From Candidatus Latescibacterota bacterium (lineage in GTDB: Bacteria; Latescibacterota; UBA2968): 64,000 bases of DNA. The notes under the pieces are model-generated. The model was not told where the DNA came from. It saw nothing but the letters and a program-made list of their open reading frames with translations, and ran no database searches. The stretch spans positions 1,440,001 to 1,504,000 of the forward strand of contig OZ220741.1 of the NCBI GenBank assembly GCA_965116885.1. The letters are read 5' to 3'. This document shows positions 38,362 to 51,555 of the stretch, one piece after another (the first letter of the stretch is position 1; every line of letters begins with the position of its first letter). The position numbers and the translations under genes are program-made.

Positions 38362-38574
38362 CGCAACCTCCGCTATTTAGCGGCTTGTCACATCGGTTTT
38401 CAATCCATTGACCAAACCGCGAAAGTCGCTCACCAGCCAACTGTCTCCTACACGCAACATTCGCAGTGTGAGAGACCCTGGTGAGCGATTTTTATAAGGA
38501 CTACTCAACCGCGTGGCATGACCCACGATGTCATACTTCCATTGTGCTGTGACCGTAGCTGTTTGACCGTGATA

Positions 38575-39138
38575 CTATATGCTTACCAATTCAATCACGA
38601 TGCGCACATCCCGGGGCAAGCCATCAAACATGCTCAGAAAGGTCTTGCGAATCTCTCGACGCTCCGCCTCAGTATAATCTTGCTCGGCGGTGGTAGTCAC
38701 CGCATGTCTTTCAATGAAGAATATAGAGCGACGGTCAATGCGCTGGGTGATGGTCCTGATCGTGTCAGATTCACTTACGACAACAGAAGAGGTATCTCCT
38801 GAAGTTATGCCACCGGGAATATTACCGGGACCTATGGGCGTTGCTGTACTGTCAGTGGTTGAACCCACTGGTCCAGGTACTGTGCGGTAGCTATCTTCGT
38901 CAATTGGTCCTGTCAATGCCCCCAACTCGAAATTTCTGAATTGTTTGGCAAAGGTTTTTGCGGTATGCCAGATGAGTCCTTCGTCGTAAATCTGTTGGGG
39001 TGACTTCTCGCTATTGGGAAATTATTCTGCAATCTGGGCGATTGCCTTTGCGCGAGAAGATTGTTGTGCATCGGCGGTATGGCTCAGCACAATGAAGCCC
39101 AGAATGGGTATTGTCCATCGCGTCAAAAATCGTTTCAT
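38575..39138 (-). pseudogene. Secreted-protein gene interrupted by an in-frame TAA
   Basis: ATG 39138 gives MKRFLTRWTIPILGFIVLSHTADAQ (signal peptide); TAA at codon 39 (39022-39024); the same frame continues into ORF 38575..38925. Confidence 0.7.
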
Positions 39139-39469
39139 CTATAATTTCCTTGTTTGGGTTATCCGTGTCAAAAAGTATTTATCCTGTCTCCGCAAAGTAT
39201 AGACAGGCCAGCCATATCTATCATTTATCGCTCAAAGTTAGCTCGTGTCACGTTTCCGTTGTCATGTTATCCTCCTTTAGAGTAAAGGCATATTTTTTGA
39301 GAAGATGAATGGGGAGTGCGGCGAGAAGTTCTTTTGTTTTCAGATATTTGCTTGTATTTCTATTTTCCATTTTTACGCATGCATGATTATCATTTATTCT
39401 TATAGTATAAATGAATTATAGAAGTCTAATTCATTGTTTGAGAAATAGGCTACATTCTTTGCTTCTCTT

Positions 39470-39634
39470 TGTCGAGTATTTCCTTTCACACAATTCACAC
39501 GTTTGTGGTACACAGTGGTTAATGAGGTTGTGGCTATCAGTATATCCACGCGTCTAAAACAGCGATATACCATGAGCAAAAGGGGAAGAATGGCTGAAAT
39601 AGAAACGCCCTTCCTCACTTCCATCGGGAAGTAA
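39470..39634 (+). pseudogene. Third remnant of the HTH-pentapeptide gene 5' end and its upstream region
   Basis: TTGTCGAG..TTTCACACAATTCACAC and VVNEVVAISISTRLKQRY.MSK match 31590-31720. Confidence 0.65.
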
Positions 39635-39752
39635 AGAAGGGCGAAATGCGAGGGTTTTTTGTGTTTACCAATCCGATCTTTGAAGTTATAGAGATCGGGT
39701 TTTATAGAGATTTATATGCTGTGATCGGAATTTGATCGTCTCTTGATCAGAG

Positions 39753-39785
39753 AAAAAAAAGCACGCTCTAAACAGAGCGTGCTTT
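39753..39785 (-). terminator. atp operon terminator
   Basis: AAAGCACGCTCT-AAAC-AGAGCGTGCTTT with a T-tract on the minus strand. Confidence 0.85.
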
Positions 39786-39807
39786 CTCATTTCTATTTAT
39801 AGCAATA

Positions 39808-40212
39808 TTACTCAGAGCCTGACACGCGCAGGCGCATAAATGCCCGGCCCAGTGCAGCTTGTGCGCGTTCTACATCTACGTCTGGCGTGCGATTGTCCAG
39901 TCGCTCTTGTGCGCGGTCTCGCGCTGCGCGGGCGCGTTCTATGTCGATCTCATCGCCAAATTCGGCTGCTTCTGCGAGGATTGTTGCGCCATCACCCGAT
40001 ATATTGGCGAATCCTCCGCTGATGGCGAGGGTGCGCTCGGTGCCGTCTGCTTCTCGGAAGCCGACCCGACCGATGCCGAGTGCAGCCAGCATGGGTTGGT
40101 GGCGCGCCAGTACGCCAAAACTGCCGTCAACGCCCGGCGCTTGAAAATGCTCAATTTCACCGGAGTACACGGTTTTTTCGGGTGTTACGATGTCTAATTG
40201 GAAAGAGGCCAT
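39808..40212 (-). CDS. atpC: ATP synthase F1 epsilon
   Basis: LDIVTPE, GVLARHQP, SGGF; C-terminal helical hairpin. Confidence 0.96.
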   Translation of the reverse strand: MASFQLDIVTPEKTVYSGEIEHFQAPGVDGSFGVLARHQPMLAALGIGRVGFREADGTERTLAISGGFANISGDGATILAEAAEFGDEIDIERARAARDRAQERLDNRTPDVDVERAQAALGRAFMRLRVSGSE

Positions 40213-40222
40213 TTTAGAAAGC

Positions 40223-40282
40223 AATTAGGAATTAGGAATTAAGAATTAGGAATACCGTTTCTTAATTTTTCATTTTTAATTC

Positions 40283-40283
<1 letters not shown>
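40223..40283. repeat. Heptamer tandem repeat (AATTAGG-like) forming an imperfect intergenic hairpin
   Basis: aattagg aattagg aattaag aattagg aat ... ttcttaatt tttcatt tttaatt between atpD and atpC. Confidence 0.65.
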
Positions 40284-42519
<2,236 letters not shown>

Positions 42520-42536
42520 ATCCGGTCCTTTGTCGC

Positions 42537-42607
42537 GGGCGACCACAGGGGGTCGCCCCTACATGCAATGGTCGTATCCGTGTAGGGGACGGCACAGGGG
42601 CCGTCCC
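42537..42607. repeat. Inverted pair of GTAG-type REP elements
   Basis: Minus GTAGGGGCGACCCCCTGTGGTCGCCC and plus GTAGGGGACGGCACAGGGGCCGTCCC; each has a GTAG foot and a GC-rich hairpin. Confidence 0.75.
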
Positions 42608-42612
42608 AGTTT

Positions 42613-44130
42613 TTATACCGATACGCGGAAGCCGCGCTTGAAGTTCTCAATTATTTCTGTGAGTTTTTCGGCATTTTCGTCGCTCAAGTCTTCGCTTTCG
42701 CGGATTTCTTCCATCAACTCACTGTGGCCTATGTGCGCCAGCAATTCTCGCTCAAAGCGACGCACATCTTCAGTGGGCAAATCATCGACCAGATTGGCGG
42801 CAAAAAGTGCCACGGTCTGTTCTTGTAGAGACATCGGCGAGTATTGATCTTGCTTGAGAACATCGATTAACTTTTCGCCGTGGTTCAGCAAATTCTGAGT
42901 TGAGGCATCCAGACCTTCTGTGCCGAACATCGCAAAGGCTTTGACTTCGTTGTAGCGCGAGATATCGGCTTTGATGGTTCTGGCAACGGCTTTCATTGCG
43001 CTCGTCTGTGCCGAACTGCCCACGCGCGATACGGACGCGCCCACGTCCATGGCAGGGCGGATACCCGCGTAGAACAATTCGGGTTTGAGCAGGATTTGTC
43101 CGTCGGTGATCGATATCACATTGGTGGGCACAAAGGTCGATACATCGCCTTCCAGAATTTCAATGACGGGCAATGCGGTGAGCGAGCCCGCGCCCTGTTC
43201 ATCGCTCATCTTGGCGGCGCGCTCGAGCAGGCGCGAGTGCAAATAAAATACGTCGCCGGGATAGGCTTCGCGGCCCGGCGGGCGGCGCAATACCAGGGAC
43301 ATTTCGCGGTAAGCCCACGCCTGTTTGGACAAGTCGTCGTAAATAATCAGCGCGTGTTCGCCCTTGTCGCGGAAATACTCGCCCATTGAGCAGCCCGAAT
43401 AGGGCGATAGGAATTGAAGCGGGGCGGGTTCACTGGCTGTGGCCGATACGACAATGGTGTATTCCATTGCGCCATTGGCTTCCAATTCGGCCACGACTTT
43501 GGCCACCGTAGAGGCTTTTTGCCCGATGGCGACATAGATGCACTTTACGTCGCTGTCTTTCTGGTTGATGATGGTATCGACGCCAATCGCCGTCTTGCCC
43601 GTTTGCCGGTCGCCGATGATCAGTTCGCGCTGTCCTCGCCCGATTGGCACGGTTGAGTCGATTACTTTTAATCCGGTCATCAGGGCTTCGGTTACGGGCT
43701 GTCGCTCGATGACGCCGGGTGCCTTGCGTTCAATGGGAAGCGTTGCTTCGGGATTGATTGGGCCTTTGCCGTCTATTGGCATGCCGAGTGGGTTTACCAC
43801 GCGACCGAGGAGGGCTTCGCCTACGGGCACTTCGGCAATGCGTCCGGTGCGTTTGGCCTCGTCGCCTTCGCGGATCAATGTGTCATCGCCAAATAGCACA
43901 CAACCTACGTTGTCTTCTTCGAGGTTGAGCGCCATCCCCATAATGCCGTTGGGAAATTCGACCAGTTCGCTGGTTTGCACATTGCCCAGCCCTTGCACGC
44001 GGGCCACGCCGTCGCCCACCTGCTGTACGGTGCCGCTTTCATAGACGTCTATTTCAGTCCTGGAGTCCAGGATCTGCTGTTTGAGCAGTGCCGAAATTTC
44101 GTCGGGGCGAATCTGTAAATTCGTCGCCAT
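42613..44130 (-). CDS. atpA: ATP synthase F1 alpha
   Basis: [30 protein letters not shown]. Confidence 0.98.
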   Translation of the reverse strand: MATNLQIRPDEISALLKQQILDSRTEIDVYESGTVQQVGDGVARVQGLGNVQTSELVEFPNGIMGMALNLEEDNVGCVLFGDDTLIREGDEAKRTGRIAEVPVGEALLGRVVNPLGMPIDGKGPINPEATLPIERKAPGVIERQPVTEALMTGLKVIDSTVPIGRGQRELIIGDRQTGKTAIGVDTIINQKDSDVKCIYVAIGQKASTVAKVVAELEANGAMEYTIVVSATASEPAPLQFLSPYSGCSMGEYFRDKGEHALIIYDDLSKQAWAYREMSLVLRRPPGREAYPGDVFYLHSRLLERAAKMSDEQGAGSLTALPVIEILEGDVSTFVPTNVISITDGQILLKPELFYAGIRPAMDVGASVSRVGSSAQTSAMKAVARTIKADISRYNEVKAFAMFGTEGLDASTQNLLNHGEKLIDVLKQDQYSPMSLQEQTVALFAANLVDDLPTEDVRRFERELLAHIGHSELMEEIRESEDLSDENAEKLTEIIENFKRGFRVSV

Positions 44131-44147
44131 GTTTTGCCTGCCTTCTT

Positions 44148-44687
44148 TTAATCAGACACAAGGCGCTGTCGCAACCGATTGAGTTGCGTCGCCAGTGTGC
44201 CATCAAATACACGGTCACCGAGTCGCACCACAAACCCGGCTTTTAATTGTTCGTCTATTGTGGTTTCCAATCGCACCTGCTTGCCAGAATAGGTCGAGAG
44301 TTTTGCAATCAATTGCGTTTCCTGTTCAGAGGACAGGGGCGCAGCGACCGTTACCTGAGCCGTGGCCTGGCCGCGCCGGTCTTCCAGAACGGATAGGAAG
44401 TCCGACAAGATCTCGGGCAGTACGCGCTCGCGGCGATTATCGCACAGTAAGAGCAAAAATCTGAGGGTTATGTCCTCGATTTTCCCGGCGAGCATATTGT
44501 TCAACACCGCGCGCTTTTGTGCGGATTGCATCATCGGATCTGCAACAAATCCCCGCAGGTCTTCCGAGGCGTGTAATAAGTCCAATAATGCCTGTACATC
44601 GGCTTCAACCCGATCCAATACCCCGCTGTCTTGCGCGGCATCGATCAATGCGCTGGTGTATCGGATGGAAACGGCTGACTGGCTCAC
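44148..44687 (-). CDS. atpH: ATP synthase delta
   Basis: RYTSAL N-terminus, G.VVR.GD..FDG C-terminus; operon position. Confidence 0.93.
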   Translation of the reverse strand: MSQSAVSIRYTSALIDAAQDSGVLDRVEADVQALLDLLHASEDLRGFVADPMMQSAQKRAVLNNMLAGKIEDITLRFLLLLCDNRRERVLPEILSDFLSVLEDRRGQATAQVTVAAPLSSEQETQLIAKLSTYSGKQVRLETTIDEQLKAGFVVRLGDRVFDGTLATQLNRLRQRLVSD

Positions 44688-44701
44688 GAAAAACTCCGAA
44701 C

Positions 44702-45196
44702 TCAGGAATGTTCTGGCATGCGGTTGATGAAGTCATCTACGATTTTTTTGTTGTGCTCGTCGTCCAAATTTTCCTCCAGCAATTGTCCGGCAGCGAGAAT
44801 GGCCAGTTCGGCTGTTTGCTGACGCAGTTCCTGGAGGGCCTGATTGCGCTCTTGTTGAATGGTGCGGCGCGCCTGTTCGAGGAGCTGTTGGGCGTCGGCT
44901 TCGGCGCGTTCTTGCACGTCTCGAGCAACTTGTTCGGCGTCTTCGCGCGCTTTGTTAATCGCGGCCTGCGCCTCGGCCTGCGCCTGTGCGAGTGCCTGTC
45001 TGTTCTCTTCGGCGGACCTTTCGGCTTCGGCACGCGCTTTATCGGATTGCTCAAGTGCTTCGCGGATGCGCGTTTCTCGCTGGTCGAGTGCCGATAATAA
45101 CGGTCCCCAGACAAATTTTTTCAAGACGAACAAGACGAGCACAAATGTGATGAGCGTCCATACAATCAAGCCGGGGTTTGGACTCAACAAATCCAT
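44702..45196 (-). CDS. atpF: ATP synthase Fo b
   Basis: N-terminal TM helix (W.P) followed by a coiled coil. Confidence 0.94.
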   Translation of the reverse strand: MDLLSPNPGLIVWTLITFVLVLFVLKKFVWGPLLSALDQRETRIREALEQSDKARAEAERSAEENRQALAQAQAEAQAAINKAREDAEQVARDVQERAEADAQQLLEQARRTIQQERNQALQELRQQTAELAILAAGQLLEENLDDEHNKKIVDDFINRMPEHS

Positions 45197-45234
45197 TGTT
45201 ATGTCTCTCTTTCACCGCGTTTGGTTCGCGCGGT

Positions 45235-45498
<264 letters not shown>

Positions 45499-46296
45499 TC
45501 AATGCTCCTGATGAATACACAGGCCCACAAACAGGGCGGTCAGGAGCGTGAATACATAAGCTTGAAGAAAAGCGATGAAAATTTCGAACATGTACATTGC
45601 CAGTGTAAAGGCAATGGAAATGGGGGCGACAAAATATCCGAGAAGAAAAATAATGCCGATCAAAGACAATATTACGACATGACCGGCCAGCATATTGGCA
45701 AAGAGACGAATGCACAGTGCAAATGGTTTGGTCAACAGGCCCAGAAATTCCAGGGGGATCATGAGCGGCAGCAATGCAATTGGCAAATTGGGGGGGATCA
45801 AGCCTTTGAAAAAACCGAACAGGCCGTTGTGTTTGATCCCGGCTCCGAGCATCATGGCAAACGAGATGCCCGCCAGTGTAGCCGTGACGTTGATATTGCC
45901 GGTTGCGGTTTGTCCAAAAGGTATCAAGCCCAAGAGATTACAGAAGAGGATGAAGAAGAAGACGGTCATTAAGAACGGCATGTATTTCGGCCCGTCTCGC
46001 TCTCCCAGGTTGGGCCGGGCGATGTCGTCGCGGATAAATATGGCGATGGCTTCAATTGCATTGGCAAAGCCCGAGGGGATGAGTCCGCGTCGTTTTGTGG
46101 AAATAATCAGGGTGAGAATGAGTAATAGAGAGGCGACCCACATCATGACCAGATGGCTGGTGATGGACATATCAATGCCAAAAAGTTCAATATGGGGTAG
46201 GGGAATATGGAGTGGACCGAGATGTAGCTCGTGATGGTCTGTGATATGCTCGAGGATAAAACTGCCGCTGCTTTGCTCCTCTGCCTGTGCTGCCAT
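45499..46296 (-). CDS. atpB: ATP synthase Fo a
   Basis: NLLGLIP, IRLFANMLAGH, LQAYVF. Confidence 0.97.
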   Translation of the reverse strand: MAAQAEEQSSGSFILEHITDHHELHLGPLHIPLPHIELFGIDMSITSHLVMMWVASLLLILTLIISTKRRGLIPSGFANAIEAIAIFIRDDIARPNLGERDGPKYMPFLMTVFFFILFCNLLGLIPFGQTATGNINVTATLAGISFAMMLGAGIKHNGLFGFFKGLIPPNLPIALLPLMIPLEFLGLLTKPFALCIRLFANMLAGHVVILSLIGIIFLLGYFVAPISIAFTLAMYMFEIFIAFLQAYVFTLLTALFVGLCIHQEH

Positions 46297-46299
46297 CCG

Positions 46300-46689
46300 T
46301 CAGACTCCTGAATTATTGGCTTTGTCAGGCGGGCGCCCGACGAAGAACCGAATCTCTAAAATCTGAAATACTACATAAAATAAAAATAGTGAAAGAGTCA
46401 AGCTAAAAACGTGAAGTTTAACTAATTTTAGTGCGACAAAAAAGAAAATCAGTACAATAATTAGGCGAATCCCCATTCCGCCGAATACGATGGTCATAAA
46501 TGTGCGGTTATCTCGACGCATGCCCCATATTGCGAGATAGGCACCGGCGAGTGCATTTAGCGTGCAGATTGCACAACCAACGCCTGTGGCAATGAGTACA
46601 TTTGTTCCTTGCCAAAGGTAGAGTGGGTAGCCTCCGAGGACCCAGAATACCAGCAGGACGACGGCGATTTGTTTGACAAAAGACCTCAC
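46300..46689 (-). CDS. ATP synthase protein I-like membrane protein
   Basis: Four TM helices; located upstream of atpB. Confidence 0.75.
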   Translation of the reverse strand: MRSFVKQIAVVLLVFWVLGGYPLYLWQGTNVLIATGVGCAICTLNALAGAYLAIWGMRRDNRTFMTIVFGGMGIRLIIVLIFFFVALKLVKLHVFSLTLSLFLFYVVFQILEIRFFVGRPPDKANNSGV

Positions 46690-46940
46690 GTATCTTCCTC
46701 CGATTTGCGGTCCATTTTTAAGACGGCTTTAAAGAAGTGGTAAAAGCCCGCGGCAATGCCTAACAGGCCACCGATTAAGGTCCACAGGGGCGCGGTGTCA
46801 AATTTGCCGTCTGCCCAGTGTCCCGCAAATACACATAGCAATATTGTGGCGATGAGTTGAATGCCCAGGGTTAAATAGGGGCCTACACTGCGATAGGCCT
46901 GGGCGAGGGATGAGGGTTTGTGAGTATTGGGGTCTTTCAT
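46686..46940 (-). CDS. AtpZ/AtpI family protein
   Basis: G.WAD.KFDT.P...G motif with two TM helices; first gene of the atp operon. Confidence 0.85.
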   Translation of the reverse strand: MKDPNTHKPSSLAQAYRSVGPYLTLGIQLIATILLCVFAGHWADGKFDTAPLWTLIGGLLGIAAGFYHFFKAVLKMDRKSEEDT

Positions 46941-46946
46941 TTTGAA

Positions 46947-48932
46947 TTACCAATGGTGAACCGAATGCCCGCTGCCAGGGAACCAGATGGTATCTACTGT
47001 TGCCGAGATTGCCACGCCGAGGATGAACCCGACGAGGATACCGAGAAATAAGGGTTGGCCTTTGCGGTATAAGGCTATGCCGCCGATTTGCAAGATGAGC
47101 AATTTGCACAGCCATACGAGAAAGATGGTGAAGATCGTTCCCCGCACGGCCTGGGTTTCCATGATGGCGAATCCAACCGGGTGCAAGGGCCACCAGGATA
47201 CGCGATACCGCAGGAATGTCAATAGTGCCATTCCGGCTGCGCCAAAGCCGAAAAAGCCTATTCGCTTCCAGTCGGGTGGGTTAAAGGTTTGCATCTGTCG
47301 GATCCAGTAATCGAAGATCCGCGGGTGTGTGCGAAATTCAAATGCTCTGAAGTTATATGCGCCCGTTTCATAGCCCAGATACAGTGTGAATGCGACTGAT
47401 GAGATCGCGGCTGTAATGCCGGCCAATACGAGGGCAATCGCGACCATGCGTTTGCGTCCTTTTATGGCTGCTGTGATCCACGAGCAATGCGCCATGCTGG
47501 CCATGGCGAGGCTTTTGGCGTCTGTAAAGTACGCGAAGGAGAACGCGAAATTTGCCATGCTCGCCGCCGGGATATTCGCGGAGCCGAGGGTGTAGAGGGC
47601 GAAGGTTGGGGGCATCATGGAGCCGCGCAGATAGACCAGTCCGCTTTCGGCTATGACCCGGGCGATGCCGACGTATAAGATTCCCATGCCGATTGTGAAG
47701 GGGACAATTACATACCAGGCCATGCCCGCGGTGTGCAGCCATCCGATGATGAATAATAATCCGGCCAGGCCACCTATGCCCGCTGTGCGGTAGGACATGA
47801 GTTCTTCGGCGTCGTCTGATTTTTTTCGTCCTCTGATGGCCTGCCAGACGCCTTTGAGATGCTCGCGCCCCATCCACAATCCCAGGCATAGCATACAGGC
47901 GAGTGCGCCAAATGCCTGCCACGCATTGGCCGCGTGTGTTGAGGACCACAAGCCGGGTGTTCCAATGGTGTATCCGATGCGGTTAAAGGTATAGACTTCG
48001 GCTACGACGAGTAAGTAAAAAAACCAGATTGAAAAGAGTACGTCCAGGCTGGTCCAGTAGGCAAATCCCGCGATAAAAAATTGTATTCCGATATAGAAGT
48101 ACCGATCTGGAATGTATCGGCTGATGTGCAAAAATGTGACGCCGTCGCCCGCTCGCGTGATTGGTATTTTTGGGAAGTCGGGCATGAAATACGATAGGAT
48201 ATTCCAGCATATTACGGTGAGTGGAATTGCCATGCCGATCCAGAATGCCGGGCGTCCTACGAGGGGGGGCCATATTTTTTTGCTTTCTTCTCGCACGAGT
48301 TCCAGCGCGACCTGTGCCGCGGGAAAGGGCAGTTTTTCGTGTTCGGACCACTGTCGTCGCAAAATTACGGCGATGCACAAGCAGGTCCAGATGATTGCGC
48401 CTGCAAATGCAAACCACCAGAATAGGGGGACGATCCAGACTTCCCACGGTATTGCATGGCCGGGCGGCAGGCCTTCGAAGAAGAGGCGCATGGCCCCGTT
48501 TTCATCTGTGGGGAATAACCAGTGCGGCAAGTGGGGATGGAGAAATTCGGACCACCGGTTTTGCGCGGAGGCAAAATAATAGGGGGTTGCGAGGTGCCCC
48601 ATGATCAGGCCGGTGAAATTCATGAGGGGGAATAATGCGCCCACCAGTCCCATGGAGAAGACGATGGCCATTTCGAGGGGGGAAAACGCGGCGCGGGGCC
48701 AGAATTTTCGCAAGAGTACGTTCAGCCCCAACGATAGCAGTACAAATGGGATCATGAGTGCCATCGCCATGTAGCTGAATACCATCTGGTTGATGTGGAT
48801 TACATAGAGTCCGTAGATGGGCCAGGTGTTTACGCTTATGACGAGTCCCAATCCCAGGAGGACACAACGCGCGGTTACGCGGTCGCGATTGGGCAAGGCT
48901 TCGGTGTTGTTTACGGGTTGCGCGAGTGCCAT
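46947..48932 (-). CDS. Polytopic membrane protein (DUF6785/DUF6784-like, putative transporter)
   Basis: RRQW..EKL.FP, RVIAESG and WWPLHPVG motifs; many TM helices. Confidence 0.75.
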   Translation of the reverse strand: MALAQPVNNTEALPNRDRVTARCVLLGLGLVISVNTWPIYGLYVIHINQMVFSYMAMALMIPFVLLSLGLNVLLRKFWPRAAFSPLEMAIVFSMGLVGALFPLMNFTGLIMGHLATPYYFASAQNRWSEFLHPHLPHWLFPTDENGAMRLFFEGLPPGHAIPWEVWIVPLFWWFAFAGAIIWTCLCIAVILRRQWSEHEKLPFPAAQVALELVREESKKIWPPLVGRPAFWIGMAIPLTVICWNILSYFMPDFPKIPITRAGDGVTFLHISRYIPDRYFYIGIQFFIAGFAYWTSLDVLFSIWFFYLLVVAEVYTFNRIGYTIGTPGLWSSTHAANAWQAFGALACMLCLGLWMGREHLKGVWQAIRGRKKSDDAEELMSYRTAGIGGLAGLLFIIGWLHTAGMAWYVIVPFTIGMGILYVGIARVIAESGLVYLRGSMMPPTFALYTLGSANIPAASMANFAFSFAYFTDAKSLAMASMAHCSWITAAIKGRKRMVAIALVLAGITAAISSVAFTLYLGYETGAYNFRAFEFRTHPRIFDYWIRQMQTFNPPDWKRIGFFGFGAAGMALLTFLRYRVSWWPLHPVGFAIMETQAVRGTIFTIFLVWLCKLLILQIGGIALYRKGQPLFLGILVGFILGVAISATVDTIWFPGSGHSVHHW

Positions 48933-48956
48933 GAGATGCCGTGCTCCTGAATAGAT

Positions 48957-50354
48957 CTATCGCTCTGCACTCAGGGTTAAGCGCAAAATTATATCGGGCT
49001 GGTTGAGGACGACGTACACTGCGCCGTCTGGTCCGGATATAGCTTCGCGCACCCGTCCCGCATTTTTCAGGATTACTTCTTCGTGCAGGACGCGGTCTCC
49101 GTCAACGGAGAGGACTCGCACATCTTCGTATTTCAGGGATGCTACGAGCAATTTGTTTTGCCATTTGGAGAACATGTTGCCCTGGTAAAAGTTGATGCCG
49201 CAGATGGCGATTGATGGTCTCCAATAGAGGGTTGGCTGTTCCATTCCCGGTTGGCTTACGCGGTCGGATACTATTGTGCCGTTGTAGTTGAGGCCGTAGG
49301 TGATTTCAGGCCATCCGTAGTTTTTTCCTCTGGCTACGACGTTGAGTTCGTCACCGCCCATTGGTCCGTGTTCGCCGTCCCATATTTTTCCGGTGACTGG
49401 ATTGACTGCCATGCCCTGGGGATTGCGGTGGCCATAGGAATAGATGGTTTTGAGGGCGCCTTCCTGGCTCATAAAGGGATTGTCTTTGGGGATGCGTCCG
49501 TCTGTGTGGATGCGGTGGACTTTGCCGTTTGGTCGGGTCAGATCCTGTGCCTGGTTTTGCAAGCCCCGGTCTCCTATTGCAAAGTAGAGGTATCCGTTTG
49601 CGTCGAATACGATGCGCGTGCCGTAGTGATGCCGGGTTGTGAGATAGGTTTCATGGGGGGCTTCGTAGATTACTTGTTGGTTGGTCCAGGTGTTGTTCTC
49701 GATGTGGCCGCGTACGATGCGGGTCATCGCCGGAGAGCGACGTTGCCCTTCAATGTGGGCAATTTCATGGCTGTAGGCGAGGTATATCCAGCCGTTTTCA
49801 GCGTAATTCGGGTCTATTGCTACGTCCATTAATCCGCCCTGTCCCTCATGGAGGACCTGGGGTGTTCCCGCGACGGGGTTGAGGAGTTGCCCGTTTTTTA
49901 CCATTCGCAGCGTGCCGGGACGCTCGGTGATCAATGCTGTTTGTGGGTCGATAAAGTCGATTCCCCACGGGATTTGCAGGCCCTGAACCCAGATATCGAC
50001 GTTTATGTCGTAGTCGAGTGTTTGTATGAAGTCAGGTGGCGGGGGTTTGGGTTGGCCCACTTCTTTTTCTTTTTGTTCGATAAAATCTACGATCATTGCG
50101 ATCTGTCTGTTTGTGAGCTGTTTTTCATAGCCGGGCATGCCCAGTTCGGTGAGTCCGTTTTTGATGTTGCGGATGCGGTAGCCGCGTCCGTCTCCGTATT
50201 TCCAGATGCCATCGACCATGCTCGGTGCATTGCCCCCTCTCAGGTCGGGTCCGTGACACTGCGCACAATGTATCGCGTACAGGGCTTTTCCGTCCTGTGC
50301 GAATGCCGGGTGATGTACGAAGCTCAAGATACAGATCAGGATAAGGTGTTTCAT
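48957..50354 (-). CDS. PQQ-dependent glucose/sorbosone dehydrogenase with N-terminal cytochrome c
   Basis: Signal peptide, CAQCH heme motif, GQGGLMDV, GHRNPQG, HGPMGGDELN, NYGWP. Confidence 0.9.
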   Translation of the reverse strand: MKHLILICILSFVHHPAFAQDGKALYAIHCAQCHGPDLRGGNAPSMVDGIWKYGDGRGYRIRNIKNGLTELGMPGYEKQLTNRQIAMIVDFIEQKEKEVGQPKPPPPDFIQTLDYDINVDIWVQGLQIPWGIDFIDPQTALITERPGTLRMVKNGQLLNPVAGTPQVLHEGQGGLMDVAIDPNYAENGWIYLAYSHEIAHIEGQRRSPAMTRIVRGHIENNTWTNQQVIYEAPHETYLTTRHHYGTRIVFDANGYLYFAIGDRGLQNQAQDLTRPNGKVHRIHTDGRIPKDNPFMSQEGALKTIYSYGHRNPQGMAVNPVTGKIWDGEHGPMGGDELNVVARGKNYGWPEITYGLNYNGTIVSDRVSQPGMEQPTLYWRPSIAICGINFYQGNMFSKWQNKLLVASLKYEDVRVLSVDGDRVLHEEVILKNAGRVREAISGPDGAVYVVLNQPDIILRLTLSAER

Positions 50355-50376
50355 GCGGGTTCTCCAATTTGGAAAG

Positions 50377-51555
50377 TCAAGATAAAAGAGGCGCGAGTTC
50401 GCGGGCGAGCAGTCGTTCGAGGCTGGGTTTGATGTGCCAGAAGTCGCGCAGGGTGCAATATTCCCGAACGAGGGTTGGATCACTTGTTCGGGTGGTTTTT
50501 TTTGCGCGGATGAGGATGTTTTTGGGCGTGTGTTTAGAGTCGATAAATTCTATGAGTTCGGTGCGATAGCCCAGTATGCGCAGGAGTTGTGCGCGGCAGG
50601 CGTCGGTGAGGATGTCGGCGGTGCGCCCTTTGAGGATGCCGTGTGCCATTACGGGTGCGAAGACATAAGCGTCGAGTTGTGGACGCAGTTCGTGCTGGCA
50701 GCAGGGGGCTGCGAGGATGACGGGGCTGTTCCACTGTACGGCGCGGGCAATGGCGTCGTCGGTTGCTGTGTCGCAGGCGTGCAGGCTAAAGACGATGTCG
50801 GGCGGTGTTTGGGGTGTGAAGTCGGCGATGCTGGAATTGTGAAAGGCGAGGTCTGTCCAGCCGAGGTCACGGGCGAGGGTGCGACATTTGGCGATGAGGG
50901 ATGGGTTGTGGTCAATGCCGATGAGTCGCGCGGGGATGTTTTGGATGTTGTTCAGGTAGTGATACGCTGCGAATGTGAGATACGCGTTGCCGCAGCCGCA
51001 GTCCATGAGGGTTAGGGGGCGATTTGTTTCTGGTATGATGGGTTGTAAGTGGTGGAGAAAGGCGTTGATTTGTTTGAATTTGTCGCGCCTGGATGCGCGT
51101 ACGCGGCCGTTGTGGTCCATGATGCCGAGGCCCTGCAGGAAGGCGTCTGGACGGTTGTCGGATAGGGGGTGGTGTTTGACGCGGTTGTGCGATAGCGCGG
51201 GTTGGATGTTTGGACGCGAGGGTTTTGCGCGTTTGAATAGTGCGCGGCCTTTTTTTGTGATGCGAATGTGCAGGTCTTCGTGACTATTTTGTACGTGAAT
51301 TTGTGCGAAGGGCAAGGCGAGTAGTTCGCCGAGCGCGGTGTTCGCGTCGGTCAGTGGAATGTTTTCTGTGATGTCTTGCGTGCGGCTATATCGCGCGATC
51401 TGGAGGTGGGGCGCGTTTTTGATCTGGACCATGCGGACGGCGATTTTGTTCCATTTTGTGCCGCGACGCGGATGACTCAGGGTAAGCCTGAGAAAGGTTT
51501 CGGGGTTTGATACCGCATTGAGAATGGCGGTTTTGTAATTTGTTTCACACCGCAT
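50377..51555 (-). CDS. SAM-dependent methyltransferase
   Basis: DCGCGNAYLTF, SLHACDTATD, PCCQHE, HTPKN. Confidence 0.88.
   Translation of the reverse strand: MRCETNYKTAILNAVSNPETFLRLTLSHPRRGTKWNKIAVRMVQIKNAPHLQIARYSRTQDITENIPLTDANTALGELLALPFAQIHVQNSHEDLHIRITKKGRALFKRAKPSRPNIQPALSHNRVKHHPLSDNRPDAFLQGLGIMDHNGRVRASRRDKFKQINAFLHHLQPIIPETNRPLTLMDCGCGNAYLTFAAYHYLNNIQNIPARLIGIDHNPSLIAKCRTLARDLGWTDLAFHNSSIADFTPQTPPDIVFSLHACDTATDDAIARAVQWNSPVILAAPCCQHELRPQLDAYVFAPVMAHGILKGRTADILTDACRAQLLRILGYRTELIEFIDSKHTPKNILIRAKKTTRTSDPTLVREYCTLRDFWHIKPSLERLLARELAPLLS

Noticed and set aside
7990..39750. Prophage, integron or IS-based element
   Set aside because: No integrase, transposase, phage gene, attC array or tRNA recognised.
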